From Chiloscyllium plagiosum (taxonomy: Eukaryota), in NCBI RefSeq assembly GCF_004010195.1, contig NC_057719.1, forward strand, positions 80,969,212-81,033,211: DNA of 64,000 nt, written 5' to 3'. Below, piece by piece: positions 1-13,189 of this stretch. Below the pieces are notes generated by a model. It searched no databases. It saw only the letters and a program-made list of their open reading frames with translations, and was not told where the DNA came from. How positions within the stretch are numbered: the stretch's first letter is position 1; every line of letters starts with the position of its first letter. The translations under genes and the position numbers were made by a program.

Positions 1-1395
1 AATTCAATTCTTCTGTCATTTCTTTGTTCCCCGTAATATATTTCCGTGTTTCTGTCTTCAAGGGCCCAATTTTAGTCTTAACCATTTTTTTGCCTTTCAC
101 ATACCTAAAAAAGCTTTTACTATCCTCCTTTATATTTTTGGCCAGTTTACCTTCGTACCTCATTTTTTCTCTGCGTATTTCCTTCTTAGTAATCCTCTGT
201 TGTTCTGAAAAGCTTCCCGGTCCTCCGTTTTCCCACTTATCTTTGCTATGTTATACTTTTTCTCTTTTAACCTTATATGTTTCTTAACTTCCCTCATCAG
301 CCATGGCCACCCATGCCTCCTCCTAGGATCTTTCTTCCTTTTTGGAATGAACTGATTCTGCATCTTCTGCATTATACACAGGAATATCTGCCATTGTTCC
401 TCTACTGTCATCCCTGCTAAGGTATTGCACCATTGAACTTTGGCCAGCTCCTCCCTCATGGCTCCATAGTTCCCTTTATTCAACAGAAATATTGTCACTA
501 CCGTTTGTGCCCTCTCCCTCTCAAATTGCAGATTGAAGCTTATTGTATTATGGTCACTACTTCCCAATGGCTCCTTCACTTCGAGGTCCCTGATCAATTC
601 TGGTTCATTGCATAAAACCAGATCCAGAATTGCCTTCTCCCTGGTCGGCTCCAGCACCAGCTGCTCTAAGAATCCATCTCTGAGGCACTCCATAAGGTCT
701 CTTTCTTGAGGTCCAATACCATCCTGATTCTCCCGTCTACCTGCATGTTGAAATCCTCCATAACAACTGTAGTATCATCTTTGCGACAGGCCAATTTCAG
801 CTCCTGATTCAACTTACACCCGACATCCAGACTACTGTTTGGGGGCCTGTAGAATACTCCCAAGAGGGTCTTTTTACCCTTCGAATTTCTCAGCTCTATC
901 CATACTGACTCTACATCCCCTGATTCTAGGTCCCCCCGCGCAAGGGACTGAATATCATCCCTTACCAACAAGGCCACCCCACCCCCTCTGCCCGTCAGTC
1001 TGTCCTTACGATAGCACGTGTAGCCTTGAATATTCATTTCCCAGGCCATGTCCACTTGAAGCCACGTCTCAGTTATCCCCACAATATCGTATCTGCCAAT
1101 TTCCAAAAGAGCCTCAAACTCATCCATCTTATGTCTAATGCTTCGTGCATTCATGTATAGTATTTTTAATTTGTTATGGCCCTCACCGTCCCATCAACTC
1201 CTATTTCACTCAACTTTACAGCGTGATCCCTTTTTGGGTTTTCTGCTTCATTGATACAGTTGTCTTTCTTGACTTCCCTTGTTCTAACTTTCCCTTCAAT
1301 TTCCTTCTTAAACATCCAGTTTGTCCCCTCCCCCCACTACTTAGTTTAAACGTAGCTGTGTTGCAGTAGCAAATCTGCCTGCCAGAATGCTGGTA
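1..1395 (-). mobile_element. CR1 LINE fragment, ORF2 APE endonuclease region (frameshifted)
   Basis: ORFs 666-1154 and 160-693 carry NARSI, ITETWL, GGGVAL, YRPPNS, DFN and SDH motifs. Confidence 0.93.
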
Positions 1396-1521
1396 ACAGA
1401 TAGACTCTTGGTAACATAGAAAAGGGAACCATATATGGAATTGTGAAAACGGTTTGCATTTATTTAGCAACTTTCACAAGCTTAGGGCATCCCAACTTGC
1501 CTTACGGTCTTTCTAGTAACG

Positions 1522-1801
1522 TTACCCTTCGAATTTCTCAGCTCTATCCATACTGACTCTACATCCCCTGATTCTAGGTCACCCCGCGCAAGGGACTGAA
1601 TATCATCCCTTACCAACAAGGCCACCCCACCCCCTCTGCCCGTCAGTCTGTCCTTACGATACCACGTGTATCCTTGAATATTCATTTCCCAGGCCCTGTC
1701 CACTTGAAGCCACGTCTCAGTTATCCCCACAATATCGTATCTGCCAATTTCCAAAAGAGCCTCAAACTCATCCATCTTATTTCTAATGCTTCATGCATTC
1801 A
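1522..1801 (-). repeat. 280-bp near-identical duplicate of CR1 endonuclease segment 874-1153
   Basis: Direct comparison; ORF 1482-1775 repeats MDEFEALLEIGRYDIVGITETWLQVD. Confidence 0.9.
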
Positions 1802-1879
1802 CGTATTGGAAAATGTAACAATGTGCACATGCCAATGTCACGCAACAGTAATATAATAAATGATGAGGTGTTTAATGGA

Positions 1880-2190
1880 GGTACATGAACAGTCATTGGC
1901 CAGGACACTGAGGGAAAGCTCCTAGCTCTGATCAGAAACACTGCCATGGAATCTTTTATAGGCTTCAATTTAATGTTTCATCTCAATAATGGTACTGAGC
2001 AACATTGTGCTGTAATATCACTGGACTAGTAATCCAGGACCTCAGGCTAATCTCCTGTAGATTTGAATCCCAGTGTCACAGATGGGTGAAATTTGAAAAC
2101 AATAAGAGCTGGAATTAAAAAGTTTGTCTAGTGGTAACCATATCACAATGGTTATTTTAAAAAACCATCTGGTTCAAGAAGGTCTTTCAG
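1880..2190. mobile_element. Old SINE remnants (minus-strand Deu-domain-like piece followed by a plus-strand tRNA-like SINE)
   Basis: ggccaggacac...tgccatggaatctttt and gtaatatcactggactagtaatccag motifs; the first recurs elsewhere in the window. Confidence 0.5.
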
Positions 2191-2199
2191 GGATGGAAT

Positions 2200-2825
2200 A
2201 GAAACAAAAGCAGGACTAGGACATTTGGCCCATTGCCATTCAATAGGATCATGGATAATCAGTCTCCTCTTCCTGCTTTCTCACATATTCTTTTACTGCT
2301 TTAACCCGAAAAACCATACCTAACTTCTTCGGGAAAACGTTCAATATTTTGGTATTAACTATTTTCTGTAGCAGGGGATTCCATAGGTTCACCTCTCTCT
2401 GGGTGAAGAAACCTTTTCTCATCTCAGTCCTAATTGACCCAATCCATATCCTTAAGAGTGTGACCCCTGACTCTGGACTCCCTGGTCACCTGGCGGCACG
2501 GTAGCACAGTGGTTAGCACTGCTGCTTCACAGCGCCAGAGACAATCTAATCTAATCTAAAAAAAAATATCCTTCCTGCGTTTACCCTGACTAGTCCTGTT
2601 AGAATTTTATAGGTTTCTATGAGAGTCCCCTCATTTCTTCTAAACCCCAGTGAATATAGTCCTAACTGGTTCAGTATCTCGTCATATGTCAGTCCTGCCA
2701 TCCCAGGAATTAGTGTGGTAAATCTTCCCTCCAGAGCCAGAACACCTTTCCTCAGATAAGAAAACAGAAACTGCACATAATACTCTAGGTGTGGTCTCAC
2801 CAAGGCTTTGTACAATTGTAACAAC
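2200..2825 (-). mobile_element. CR1 LINE 3' fragment, interrupted by a mini-SINE at 2492-2566
   Basis: ORF 2546-2824 LYKALVRPHLEYYVQF is the CR1 ORF2 C-terminal motif. Confidence 0.85.
2492..2566 (+). mobile_element. Internally deleted HE1-type SINE (tRNA head joined directly to the (AATCT)n-A tail)
   Basis: ggcggcacggtagcacagtggttagcactgctgc...cagagac followed by aatctaatctaatctaaaaa; compare the full copy at 53652. Confidence 0.8.
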
Positions 2826-2849
2826 TCATGATGTCCCCATTAAAAAAAG

Positions 2850-3857
2850 ATCATAAGACCATAAGATATTGGAGCAGAATTAGGTCATTCAGTCCATTGA
2901 ATCTTCTCCACCATTCGACCATGGTTGACATGTTTCTCAACTCCATTCTCCTGTCTCCAGCCTGTAACTCGATTCTCTTACTAATCAAGAGCCTATCTAT
3001 CTCTGTCTTAAATACAGGCAATGACTTGGCCTCCATAGCCCTCTGCGGCAATGAGTTCCACAGATTCGCCACCCTCTGGCTGAAGGGTTTCCTCCTCATC
3101 TCAGTTCTAATAGGTCATCATTTCACTCTGAGGCTGCGGCCTCAGGTTTTAGTCTCTCCTGCTAGCGGAAACATCTTCTTCACATCCACTCGAACCAGGC
3201 CTCTCAGTATTCTGCAAGTTTCAATCAAATTCCCCTCCTCCTTCTAAACTCTATCAAGTACAGACCCAGAGTCTTCAACCACACCTCCTATGACAAGCCC
3301 TTCATCCCAAGATTATCTGTGTAAACCTCCTCTGGACCCTTTCTAAAACCAACAGATCCTTCCTTAGATACAGGTCTCAAAACTGTACACAATATTCCAA
3401 ATTCAGTCTGACCACACCATAGTACACGTCTGCTCTTGTAGTCTCACCCTCTTGAATATGAGCATGAAATGAATGTGAATATTGCATTTGCCTTCCTAAC
3501 TGCCGCTGAATTTGTAAGTTAACCTTAAGAGAATCCTGAATAAGGGCTCCTAAGTCCTTTTATGCTTCAGGTTTCTGAACCCTTTCCTCATTTAAAAAAA
3601 TAGTCTATACCTCTATTCTTCCTACCAAAGTGCATTACCTCACACTTTCCCACATTGCATTCCATCTGCCAGTCCTTTACCCACTCTCCTTGCCTGTCCA
3701 AATCCTTCTGCAGCCTCCCCAGTTCCTCAACACTACCTGTCCCTCCATGTATCTTTGTGTCATCTGCAAACTTAGCAACATGCCCTCAATTCTTTTGCAC
3801 AGATCATTAATGCGTAATGTGAATAACTGTGGTCCCAACACTGACTCCTGCGGAACT
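2850..3857 (-). mobile_element. Older CR1 LINE 3' part; continues at 8306-8390 after the nested insertion
   Basis: FSQRVANLWNSLP and VPQESVLGPQLF motifs; the sequence resumes as aactccactagtca at 8306. Confidence 0.88.
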
Positions 3858-4366
3858 GTCAAGAGGTGCAAGGGAGGAGCAGAGGACTGCTGGGAAGGTG
3901 AGTAAAAAACAAAATTTGTTGAACAGAGCGGCAAGGAGAGAGGGCGGAGGGAAACGAGGGCTGCCGGCAAGATTTTAAGTGGGTGAGATCTAAACCCGAG
4001 ACCCTACATCATAGGGCCTCCCTCCCACCCACCTCCTCTAACTTTAAAACAGTCTGTAAACTCGGTAAGTTTTCAGGTTTTCTCATTCTTTCTCTTTTCT
4101 TCTCTTTCTTTGTTTAGACCTGTGCGGGCTTTCAGACTAGCAGGGTATAGCTGACAGGGCAATTGCATGTTCCCCCTGCAGAATGTGGCAGGTGAGAGAC
4201 ACTACGCTTGTCTCTGCCGACCACATCTTTGGGAAATGCACCCAACTCCAGCTCCTTGAAAACTGAGTTAGGGAACTAGAACTGGAGCTGGATGAACTAC
4301 GGATTATCCGGGAGGCTGAGGGGGGAATTGAGAGGATGTACAGGGAGGTGGTCACTCCCCAGACAC

Positions 4367-4411
4367 AGGATAAGGACAGGATAAGGACAGGATAAGGACA
4401 GGATAAGGACA
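4367..4411 (+). repeat. 11-bp tandem repeat (CAGGATAAGGA) x4 inside CR1 ORF1
   Basis: Directly visible in the sequence. Confidence 0.9.
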
Positions 4412-5111
4412 GCTGGGTTACAGTCAGGGGGAGGAATGGGAACCGACGGTCTGAGCAGGGATCCCCTGTGGGCATTCTCCTCAGCAATAAGTATACCATT
4501 TTGGATACTGCTGGTGGGGACAGCCTACCAGGGGAAAGCCATAGTTGTCAGGTCTCTGGCACTGAGCCTGGCACTGAGACTCAGAAGAAAAGAGGGGAGA
4601 ATAGAAAAGCGCTAGTGATAGGGGACTCAATAGTTAGATGGATTGACAGGAGATTTTGTGGTCAGGAATGCAACTCCCGGAAGGTATGTTGCCTCCCCAG
4701 TGCCAAGGCCCGGGATGTTGCCAATCGGGTTTACAGGATTCTGAAGGGGGAGGGGGAGGGGAGAAATCATGGTACATATTGGCATCAATAATATAGCCAG
4801 GAAAGGGATTGAGGGTCTGAAAAGCGACTACAGAGAGTTAGGTTGGAAACTGAAGAGCAGGATGAGTAGAGTAGTGATCTCAGGTTTGCTACCGGTGCCA
4901 CGAGACAGTGAGGTGAGGAACAGTCAGCGAATGCAGCTTAACACGTGGCTGTGAGGCTGGTGCAGGAGGGAGGGTTTCAGATACCTAGACCATTGGGATA
5001 CCTTCTGGGGAAGATGAGACCTATACATGAAGGATGGGTTGCACCAGAACTAGAGGGGCACAAATGTCCTGCATGAGAGATTTGCTCATGTGGTTTGGGA
5101 GGGTTTAAACT

Positions 5112-5605
5112 AGTTTGGCAGGGGGGTGGGAATCAGAGCTACATGTCTGAGAGGGGCGTAGTTGCAGATGGGGCAGTGACAGGATGTAATGAATCTATTG
5201 GGAAGGTTTCTCATGCGATGAAACAAAAGGATCAGTTAAAGTGTGTCTACTTTAACGCATGGAGAGTTAGAAATAAGAGTGACAAACTAAGAGCATGGAT
5301 CAGTACTCAGGGCTATGATGTTGTGGCCATAACAGAGACATGGGTTTCACAGGGCCTGAGTTTGGCAGAGGGGTGAGAATCAGAGCTACATGTCTGAGAG
5401 GGGCGTAGTTGCAGATGGGGCAGTGACAGGATGTAGTAAATCTATCAGGAAGGTTTCTCATGCGATGAAACAAAAGGATCAGTTAAAGTGTGTCTACTTT
5501 AACGCATGGAGAGTTAGAAATAAGAGTGACAAACTAAGAGCATGGATCAGTACTCAGGGCTATGATGTTGTGGCCATAACAGAGACATGGGTTTCACAGG
5601 GCCTG
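5112..5605 (+). repeat. Tandem duplication (2 x 247 bp) at the CR1 ORF1/ORF2 junction
   Basis: Units start at 5112 and 5359; both encode MSERGVVADGAVTGC...AITETWVSQG. Confidence 0.92.
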
Positions 5606-8600
5606 GAATGGTTGCTGGATGTTCCAGGGTTTAGAATGTTTAAAACTAACAGGGGTGGGTGAGAAAAGAGGAGGGGGTGTAGCATTGCTAATCAGAGAGT
5701 CCATCACAGCTACAGAAACGAAGGTTGTTGAGGGAGGTTTATCTACTGAGTCAGTATGGGTGGGAATTAGGAACAGCAAAGGAACAGCCACCTCATTGGG
5801 GGTTTTCTACAGACCCCCTAATAGCAGTAGAGAGATTGAAGAACTCATAGGCGGACAGATTTTGGAAAACTGCAGCTGTATCAGGGTTGTTGTTATGGGT
5901 GATTTCAACTTTCCCAAGATTGACTGGAACCTCCTTAGTGCAGATGGTTTGGATGGAGCTTTTTTTGTCAGGTGTGCTCAGGAGGGTTTCCTTACTCAGT
6001 ATGTAGACAGACCGACAAGGATTTGGTGCTCGGCAATGAGCCAGGACATGTGTCAAATCTCGCGGTGACAGTGATCACAACTGCCTCACATTTACCATAG
6101 CCTTGGGGAGGAAAAGGAGCAGTTACCAAGGGAAGATATTTAATTGGGGAAAAGGAAACTATGACGCTATCAGACAGGAGTTGGGAAGTATAGACTGGGA
6201 GCAATTGTTCCACAGAAAGGGCACAGCAGACTTGTGGAGACTGTTTAAGGAGCAGTTGTTGCGAGTGATGCACGAATTTGTTCCTCTGAGACAGGTAAGA
6301 AGGGGTAAGATTAAGGAGCCTTGGATGACGAGAACAGAGGAGCTTCTTGTCAAAGGGAAGAAGGCAGCTTACGTAAGGTGGAGGAAGCAAGGATCTAGCA
6401 CAGCTTTAGAGGATTACAGGCTTACTAGAAACGAGCTCAGAAATGGACTAAGGAGACCCAGGAGGGGGCACGAGAAATGCTTGGCAAGAAGGATTACGGA
6501 GAACACAAAGGCATTTTACTCATACATGAGGAATAAGAGAATGATCAGGGAGAAGGTAGGGCCGATCAGGGATAGCATAGGGAACTTGTGTGTGGAGTCT
6601 GAGCAGAGAGGGGACGCCCTAAATGAGTTTTTTGCTTGGTTTTCACTAAGGAAAGGGACCTTGCTAAGAACTTTGAGGGGCTGGGATACAGGCCTGACCA
6701 GATCAAGATGGATGAAGTTGATGTGCTGGAAATTTTGGCAAACATTAAAATTGGTAAGTCCCCAGGGCCAGACCTGATTTATCCTAGGCTGCTCCGGGAA
6801 GCGAGAAAGGAGGTTGCTAAGCCACTGGCGAAGATCTTTGCCTCCTCACTCTCCAAGGGAGTCGTATTGGAGGATTGGAAATGTTGTTCCTCTTTTCAAG
6901 AAGAGTAATAAGGAAATCCCTGGCAATTACAGACCAGTCAGTCTTACATCTGTGGTCAGCAAGGTTTGGAAAGAATTCTGAGCGATAGGATTTATGACTA
7001 TTTGGAAAAGCATAGCATGATTAAAGGCAGTCAGCATGACTTTGTGAGGGGCAGGTCATGCCTCACTAATCTTATTGAGTTCTTTGAGGAGGTGACAAGA
7101 TAGGTCAACAAAGGTTGAGCAGTGGATGTGTTGTATATGGACTTCAGCAAGGCATTTGACAAGGTTCCCCACGGTAGGCTCATTCATAAAGTCAGGAAGT
7201 ATGGGATACAGGGAGGTTTGGCTATCTGGATTCAGAATTAGTTGGCTGACAGAAGGCAGAGCGTGGTTATAAATGGAAAATATTCTGCCTGGAGGTCAGT
7301 GTTGAATGAGGTCCCACAGGGCTCTGTTCTTGGCCCTCTGCTCTTCGTAGTTTTTATAAATGATTTGGATGAGGAGGTTGAGAGGTGGGTTAGTAAATTT
7401 ACCAAGGACACAAAGGTTGGAGGTGCCATTGATAGTATCGAGGGCCATTGCAGGCTGCAGCCAGACATAGTCAGGATGCAGAGCTGGGCTGAGAAATGGC
7501 ACATGGAGTTCAACCTGGATAAATGCGAAGTGATGCATTTTGGAAGATCAAACCTGAACGCTGAATATAGGATTAAAGTCAGGATTCTTGGCAGTGTGTA
7601 GGAACAGAGAGATCTTGGTGTTCAAGTACATAGATCCCTCAAAGTTGCCACCCAAGTGGATAGGGTTGTGAAGAAAGCATATGGTGTTTTGGTTTTCATT
7701 TACAGGGAGATTGAGTTTAAGAGCTGCGAGGTTTTGCTACAGCTCTACAAGTCCCTGGTACGACCATACTTGGTATATTGCGTCCAGTTCTGGTCGCCCT
7801 ACTATAGGAAAGATAAAAAGGCTTTGGAGAGGGTGCAAAGAAGTTTTACCAGGATGCTGCCTGGACTGGAGAGCTTGTCTTATGAAGTGAGGTTGACTAA
7901 GCTCTGACTTTTCTCTCTGGAGAGAAGGAGGAAGAGAGGTGACCAGATCAAGGTATACAAGGTAATGAGAGGCATGGATAGAGTCAATAGCCAGAGACTT
8001 TTCCCCAGAGCAGGATTGACTGGCACAAGGGGTCATAGTTTTAAGATATTAGGAGGAAGGTATAGAGGAGATGTCAGAGATATGTTCTTTACACAGAGAG
8101 TTGTGAATGCATGGGATGCGTTGCCAGTGGTGGTAGTGGAAGCAGCGTCATTAGGGACATTTAAGCGACTGCTGGACATGCACATGGAAAACAGTGAATT
8201 GAAGGGTGCGTAGGTTAGGTTATTTTACATTAGGATTAATCCTCAGCAAAACATTGTGGGCTGAAGGGCCTGTACTGTACTTTACTTTTCTATGTTCTAT
8301 GTTCTAACTCCACTAGTCAGCAGCTGCCATCCTGAAGAAGGCCCCTTTTCCACTTACTGCCAGAAAGCCAATCCAATATTTAATTCCTAGCCCTGGTCCT
8401 CTTGCAGCCATTTGTCTACGATGCCCACAACATTGTACCCAATTTCAATCTGCGACACAAGCTCATTTACCTTGTTTCATATTGTTACAACACAGGTAAA
8501 CCCTCCTCTGCAAATTCAAACCTGAAACACAGAAATTATTTAACCTGTGCTGTAATCTGTTAAAACTCAAGAGGCAAGGAACTATTCCAAAACCTCTAAT

Positions 8601-9183
8601 TAAAGTACAAAAAAATTTAAGAACTTTATTCTTCAAGTCGAACATGAAATACTAATTAACAACTCCTTTCTCTAATGTATCTTTTACCTTCCCCTTCTAC
8701 AATACTAGTCTGATAAAAGCTTCTGATTAAGATTCACTAAAAATTCAAATTTCTAAACTAGGCAGCTGTTGAATCTTCTCTTTGTATCTTCCACTGTCTT
8801 AATTTTCTTCTTCTCAGGAATTATGTTTCACAAGTCATTTATAAATAAAGGTTCCTTTAAGAGAGCTATTTCTCACATTTACTTATTTAATCTTTTTGAC
8901 CCTTTATCAATTTGCTCATGGCTCAGGTAGTAATCCAGAGATGACGATCTTTTTGGTTTTGCTTTTTACTTTGGTCCATAGCTTCTCATATGCCCTCGGC
9001 AGAACCTCTTTCCTCTTTTTATCGCTGGTACTGACATGCTCCTTCACAACCAGATTGTCCCCTCCCATTCCAAATTTCTCTGCAGCCCCTGAACCTAGGC
9101 AAGAGACAGGAAACACAACCTATGGGACTCTCAATCCTGGCCGCATAGTACAGTGTCTATTCCCCTGACTAATCCCCAATTTA

Positions 9184-9439
9184 GAGCTGAAAATGTGTTG
9201 CTGGAAAAGCGCAGCAGGTCAGGCTGCATCCAAGGAGCAGGGGAATCGACGTTTTGGGCATAAGCCCTTCTTCAGGAATCGAATCGACGTTTCGGGCATG
9301 AGCCCTTCTTCAGGAACGTGCCCATGCTCCTGCCCGAAACGTCGATTCTCCTGCTCCTTGGATGCTGCCTGACCTGCTGCGCTTTTCCAGCAACACATTT
9401 TCAGCTCTGATCTCCAGCATCTGCAGTCCTCACTTTCTC
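9184..9439. mobile_element. Fold-back Penelope-like terminal-repeat insertion with two tandem hammerhead cores
   Basis: 15-bp TSD CTAATCCCCAATTTA (9169-9183 and 9440-9454); inverted arms; minus-strand CTGAAGA-A-GGGC-loop-GCCC-GAAACGTC cores. Confidence 0.85.
9286..9313 (-). ncRNA. Minimal type I hammerhead ribozyme core
   Basis: CUGAAGA A GGGC UCAU GCCC GAAAC GUC. A second copy at 9248-9275 has GAAA changed to AAAA. Confidence 0.7.
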
Positions 9440-9594
9440 CTAATCCCCAATTTAAAACACATTTCTCTTTTCCCCAACTCCCCCCTTCCCCCACCCACTT
9501 CTTGAATGGCTCCCTGTACCACAGTGCTATGGTCAGTTTGCTCATCCTCCCAACAACTCTACTGTCAGCCACACACCGAGCTAGAATCTCACTG

Positions 9595-9800
9595 AAATCA
9601 AAAAATGCTGGTGATCACAGTGGCTCAGGCGGCATCCTTGGAGAAAGAGAGAGAGAGAGACAGAGTGAGAAAGAGAGAGAGAGCAAGGTAATGTTTCAAG
9701 TCTAGATGACTTCATGCTCCAGATGAGTCTTCATTTAGACTCAAAATGTTGGCTTGCTCTGCCTGACCACAGAGGTTTCCAGCATTGTTTGTTTTTAGTA
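9595..9800. mobile_element. Degraded fold-back PLE-derived element with (GA)n microsatellite
   Basis: Imperfect inverted arms (aaatgctggtgatcacag / ccacagaggtttccagcatt) with a decayed HHR-like centre. Confidence 0.55.
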
Positions 9801-9914
9801 CAAATTCCAGCACCTGGGGCAATAACCACAACCCTGTTAGACAAGCTCAAGGGCCGAGACTCCTTCAGCACTATCTCCTGGATCTTCTCTACCTGCCTCA
9901 CTCCCTGACCATGA

Positions 9915-10232
9915 TAGAACCCCTTCAGTGTGGAAACAGGCCCTCTGGCCCAATGAGTCCACGCCGACCATCCGAAGAGTAATCCACCCAGACCCATTCT
10001 CCTAATCAACGTACCTAACTTGCATATCCCCAAATACTATGGGCAATTTAGCATGGCCAATTCACCTAACCGGTCCACCTTTGAACAGTGGGAGGAAACT
10101 GGAGCACCCAAAGGAAACCCGCACAGACACGGGGAGAACGTGCAACTCCACGCAGACAGTCACCCAAGGTTGGAATCGAACCCAAGTCCCTGGCACTGTG
10201 AGGCAGCAGTGCTAACCACTGAGCCACCATGA
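9915..10232 (-). mobile_element. HE1-type tRNA-derived V-SINE
   Basis: Reverse complement of the SINE seen at 53652-53963. Confidence 0.9.
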
Positions 10233-11299
10233 CACCCACCACTGAATGAATTTGAGGCAGTTAACCTAAGGGGTGTGCTGAAGCACAGTGTCCCGGTAAC
10301 TCTCCCTCTCCCCGACATGTCACAATGTTTGAGGTTAAGACTTAGCTCATCAACTCTGAGCCGGAGTTCCTCAACCAACTGACACTCGACCTGCCATTCT
10401 GACCTGGTCTGTTCTCTACATGTGTCTTCAGACCCAAAGCAAAGTGGTTGATTTTTAACTGCCCTTCAGGCAAGTAGGGCTGAGCAATAAATACTGGCCT
10501 TGTCCATAACTCACACAAGAAAATCCACAGTAATGTACATCTATTACCTGTGTTAACCTAGCTTTTATCTGCAAGTTCCTGGACATTTCACTCAACAATC
10601 TTTGAACTCAGAAGTAAAAGTGCTACCTACTGAGCCCTGCCTGAAAACTTTAAAGATCGAATGTTATTAATTGATTTTAAACTGACTATGAACTGAAGAT
10701 GTTTTTGCAGTAAAATCTTTCGAAGAGACAGAAAACCAATATTTAATTAATCCGACACACATTAACCAGTAGTGCCAAGGAACATTATATATCGGATGTG
10801 AATGAATTTACTGATTATTATTGGCAAGGCTTTTATCGGAAAGGTAATGAATAACCTCAAGATTGTTATTCATTAATATATTTGAAAAGGCAAATATCAC
10901 CCATCAGTGGGAAGAGGTTCTGGTTGACTTTCCCAGGGGTTATACCCAGGCTGAGACGTTTGCAGTGGTATGTCATTGTGTTGATTGGTCTTTGTAGAGC
11001 CATGTGTTAACAGCCAATCTCTGCCTCAGAACGAGGGGTTAGATGATGAGTGAGACTGTGCCAGCCAATGCAGTGTCTTCTTTCAGATTTGCTGAAGTCC
11101 TCTGGTGCCCAAGCTCCCATGTGGCTGATAGCAGTCTGAGGTCATTCCCAAAGCCTCCTGGCTCCTATTTAATAGTGTTGTAAAGGTACTCAGAGATGGA
11201 AGATGGACTTAGAACAGGTATTTGTGGCCAGACCTTTTGTTGAATACGTACTAGTACTACTAAGAACTACTTAGGGAATGATGTAGTCATAATGTCATG

Positions 11300-13185
11300 G
11301 GACTAGTCATAGAGTCATAGAGCTGTGTGGCACGGAAACAGATCCTTTTGTCCAATTCATCCATGCCGACCAGATATCCTAATTTAATCTAGTCCCATTT
11401 GCCCACATCCCTCTAAACCTTTCCTGTTCATTACCCATCCAGGTGTCTTTTAAATGTCTAATTGAACCAGCTACCACCACGTCCACTGGCAGCTCATTCC
11501 ATATTTGCACTCCCCTCTGTGTAAAAATGTTGCCCCTTGGATTCCTTTTAAATATTTCCCCTCTCACCATAAACCTATGCCCTTTAGTTCTGGACTCCCC
11601 CACCCCAGGGAAAAGACTTTCTATTTATCCTATCCATGCCCCTCATGATTTTGTAAACCTCTATAGGGTCACCCCTCAGCCTCTGACGCTCCAGGGAAAA
11701 CAGCCCCAGCCTGTTCTGCCTCTCCCTATAGCTCAAATCCTCCAACTCTGGCAACATCCTTGTAAATCTTTTCTGAACCCTTTCAAGTTTCACAACATCC
11801 TTCCGATAGGAAGGAGACCAGAATTGCATGCAATATTCCAACAGTGGCCTAACCAATGTCTTCTATAGCTGCGACATGGCTTCCCAACTCCTGTACTCAA
11901 TGTTCTGACCAATATAGGCAAGCAGACCAAACACCTTCTTCACTATCCTATCTACCTGGAACTCTACTTTCAACGTGCTATGAACCTGCACTCCAAGGTC
12001 TCTTTGTTCAGCAACAGTCCCCAGGACCTTACCATTAAGTGTATAAGTCCTGCTAAGATTTGCTTTCCCAAAATGCAGCACCTCACATTTATCTAAATTA
12101 AAGTCCATCTGGCATTCCTCAGACCATTGGCCCATCTGATCAAGATCCCATTGTACTCTGAGGTAACCTTCTTTGCTGTTTACTACATCTCCAATTTTAG
12201 TGTCATCTGCAAACTTACTAACTATACCTCATATGTTCACATCCAAATCATTTATATAAATGATGAAAAGTAGTGGACCCAGTACTGATCCTTGTGGCAT
12301 TCCACTGATCACAGACCTCCAGTCTGGAAAACAACCCCCCACCACCACCCTCTGTCTTCTACCTTTTGAGCCAGTTCTGTATCCAAATGGCGACTTCTCT
12401 CTGTATTCCAAGTGATCTAACCTTGCTAACCAGTCTCCCATGAGGAACATTGTCAAATGCCTTACTGAAGTCCATATAGATTACACCCACAGCTCTGCCC
12501 TCATCAATCCTCTTTGTTACTTCTTCAACAATTAAATTTGTGAGACACAATTTCCCTACACAAATCCATGCTGACTATCCCTAACCAGTCCTTGCCTTTC
12601 CAAATACATGTACATCCTGTCCCTCAGGATTCCTTCAACAACTTACCCACCACCGATGTCAGGCCCACCAGTCTATCATTCCCTGGCTTTTCCTTACCAC
12701 CTTTCTTAAATAGTGACAGCATGTTAGCCAACCTCCAGTCTTCTGGCACCTAGCCTGTGACTATTGATGATACAAATATCTCAGCAAGGAGCCCAGCAAT
12801 CACTTCCCTAGCTTCCCATCGAGTTCTAGGGTACACCTGATCAGGTCCTGGGGATGTATAAGACGTCTAGCATCTACTCCTCTGTAATATGGACATTTTT
12901 CAAGATGTCACCATCTATTTCCCCACATTCTATATCTTCCATGTCCTCCTCCACAATAAACATTGATGCAATACACTTGTTTAATATCTCCCCATCTCCT
13001 GTGGTTCCACACATAGGCTGCCTTGCTGATCTTTGAAGGGCCCTATTCTCTCCATAGTTATCTTTTTGTCCTTAATGTATTTGTAAAATCTCTTTGGGCT
13101 CTCCTTAACCCTATTTGTCAAAGCTATCTCATGTCCCCTTTTTGCCCTCCTGATTTCCCTCTTAAGTATACTCCTACTGCTTTTA
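11300..13185 (-). mobile_element. CR1 LINE 3' half (RT and (CTCTATGA)n tail)
   Basis: [20 protein letters not shown] and VRPLLEYCMQFWSP motifs. Confidence 0.93.
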
Positions 13186-13189
13186 TAGA

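Larger units (their letters stand above)
3858..8305 (+). mobile_element. Full-length (inactivated) CR1/HER1-like LINE: 5'UTR, ORF1 with SGNH esterase, ORF2 endonuclease + RT, (TTCTATG)n tail
   Basis: ORF1 LVIGDSIVR and VHIGINNI; ORF2 [38 protein letters not shown]; tail ttctatgttctatgttct; AACT on both sides (3854-3857 and 8306-8309). Many stops and frameshifts. Confidence 0.95.
8895..9590 (-). mobile_element. Degraded CR1 ORF1 (esterase) fragment, host of a PLE insertion
   Basis: ORF 8916-9116 ends in KVKSKTKKIVISGLLPEP, like ORF1 at 4769-4954. Confidence 0.7.
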
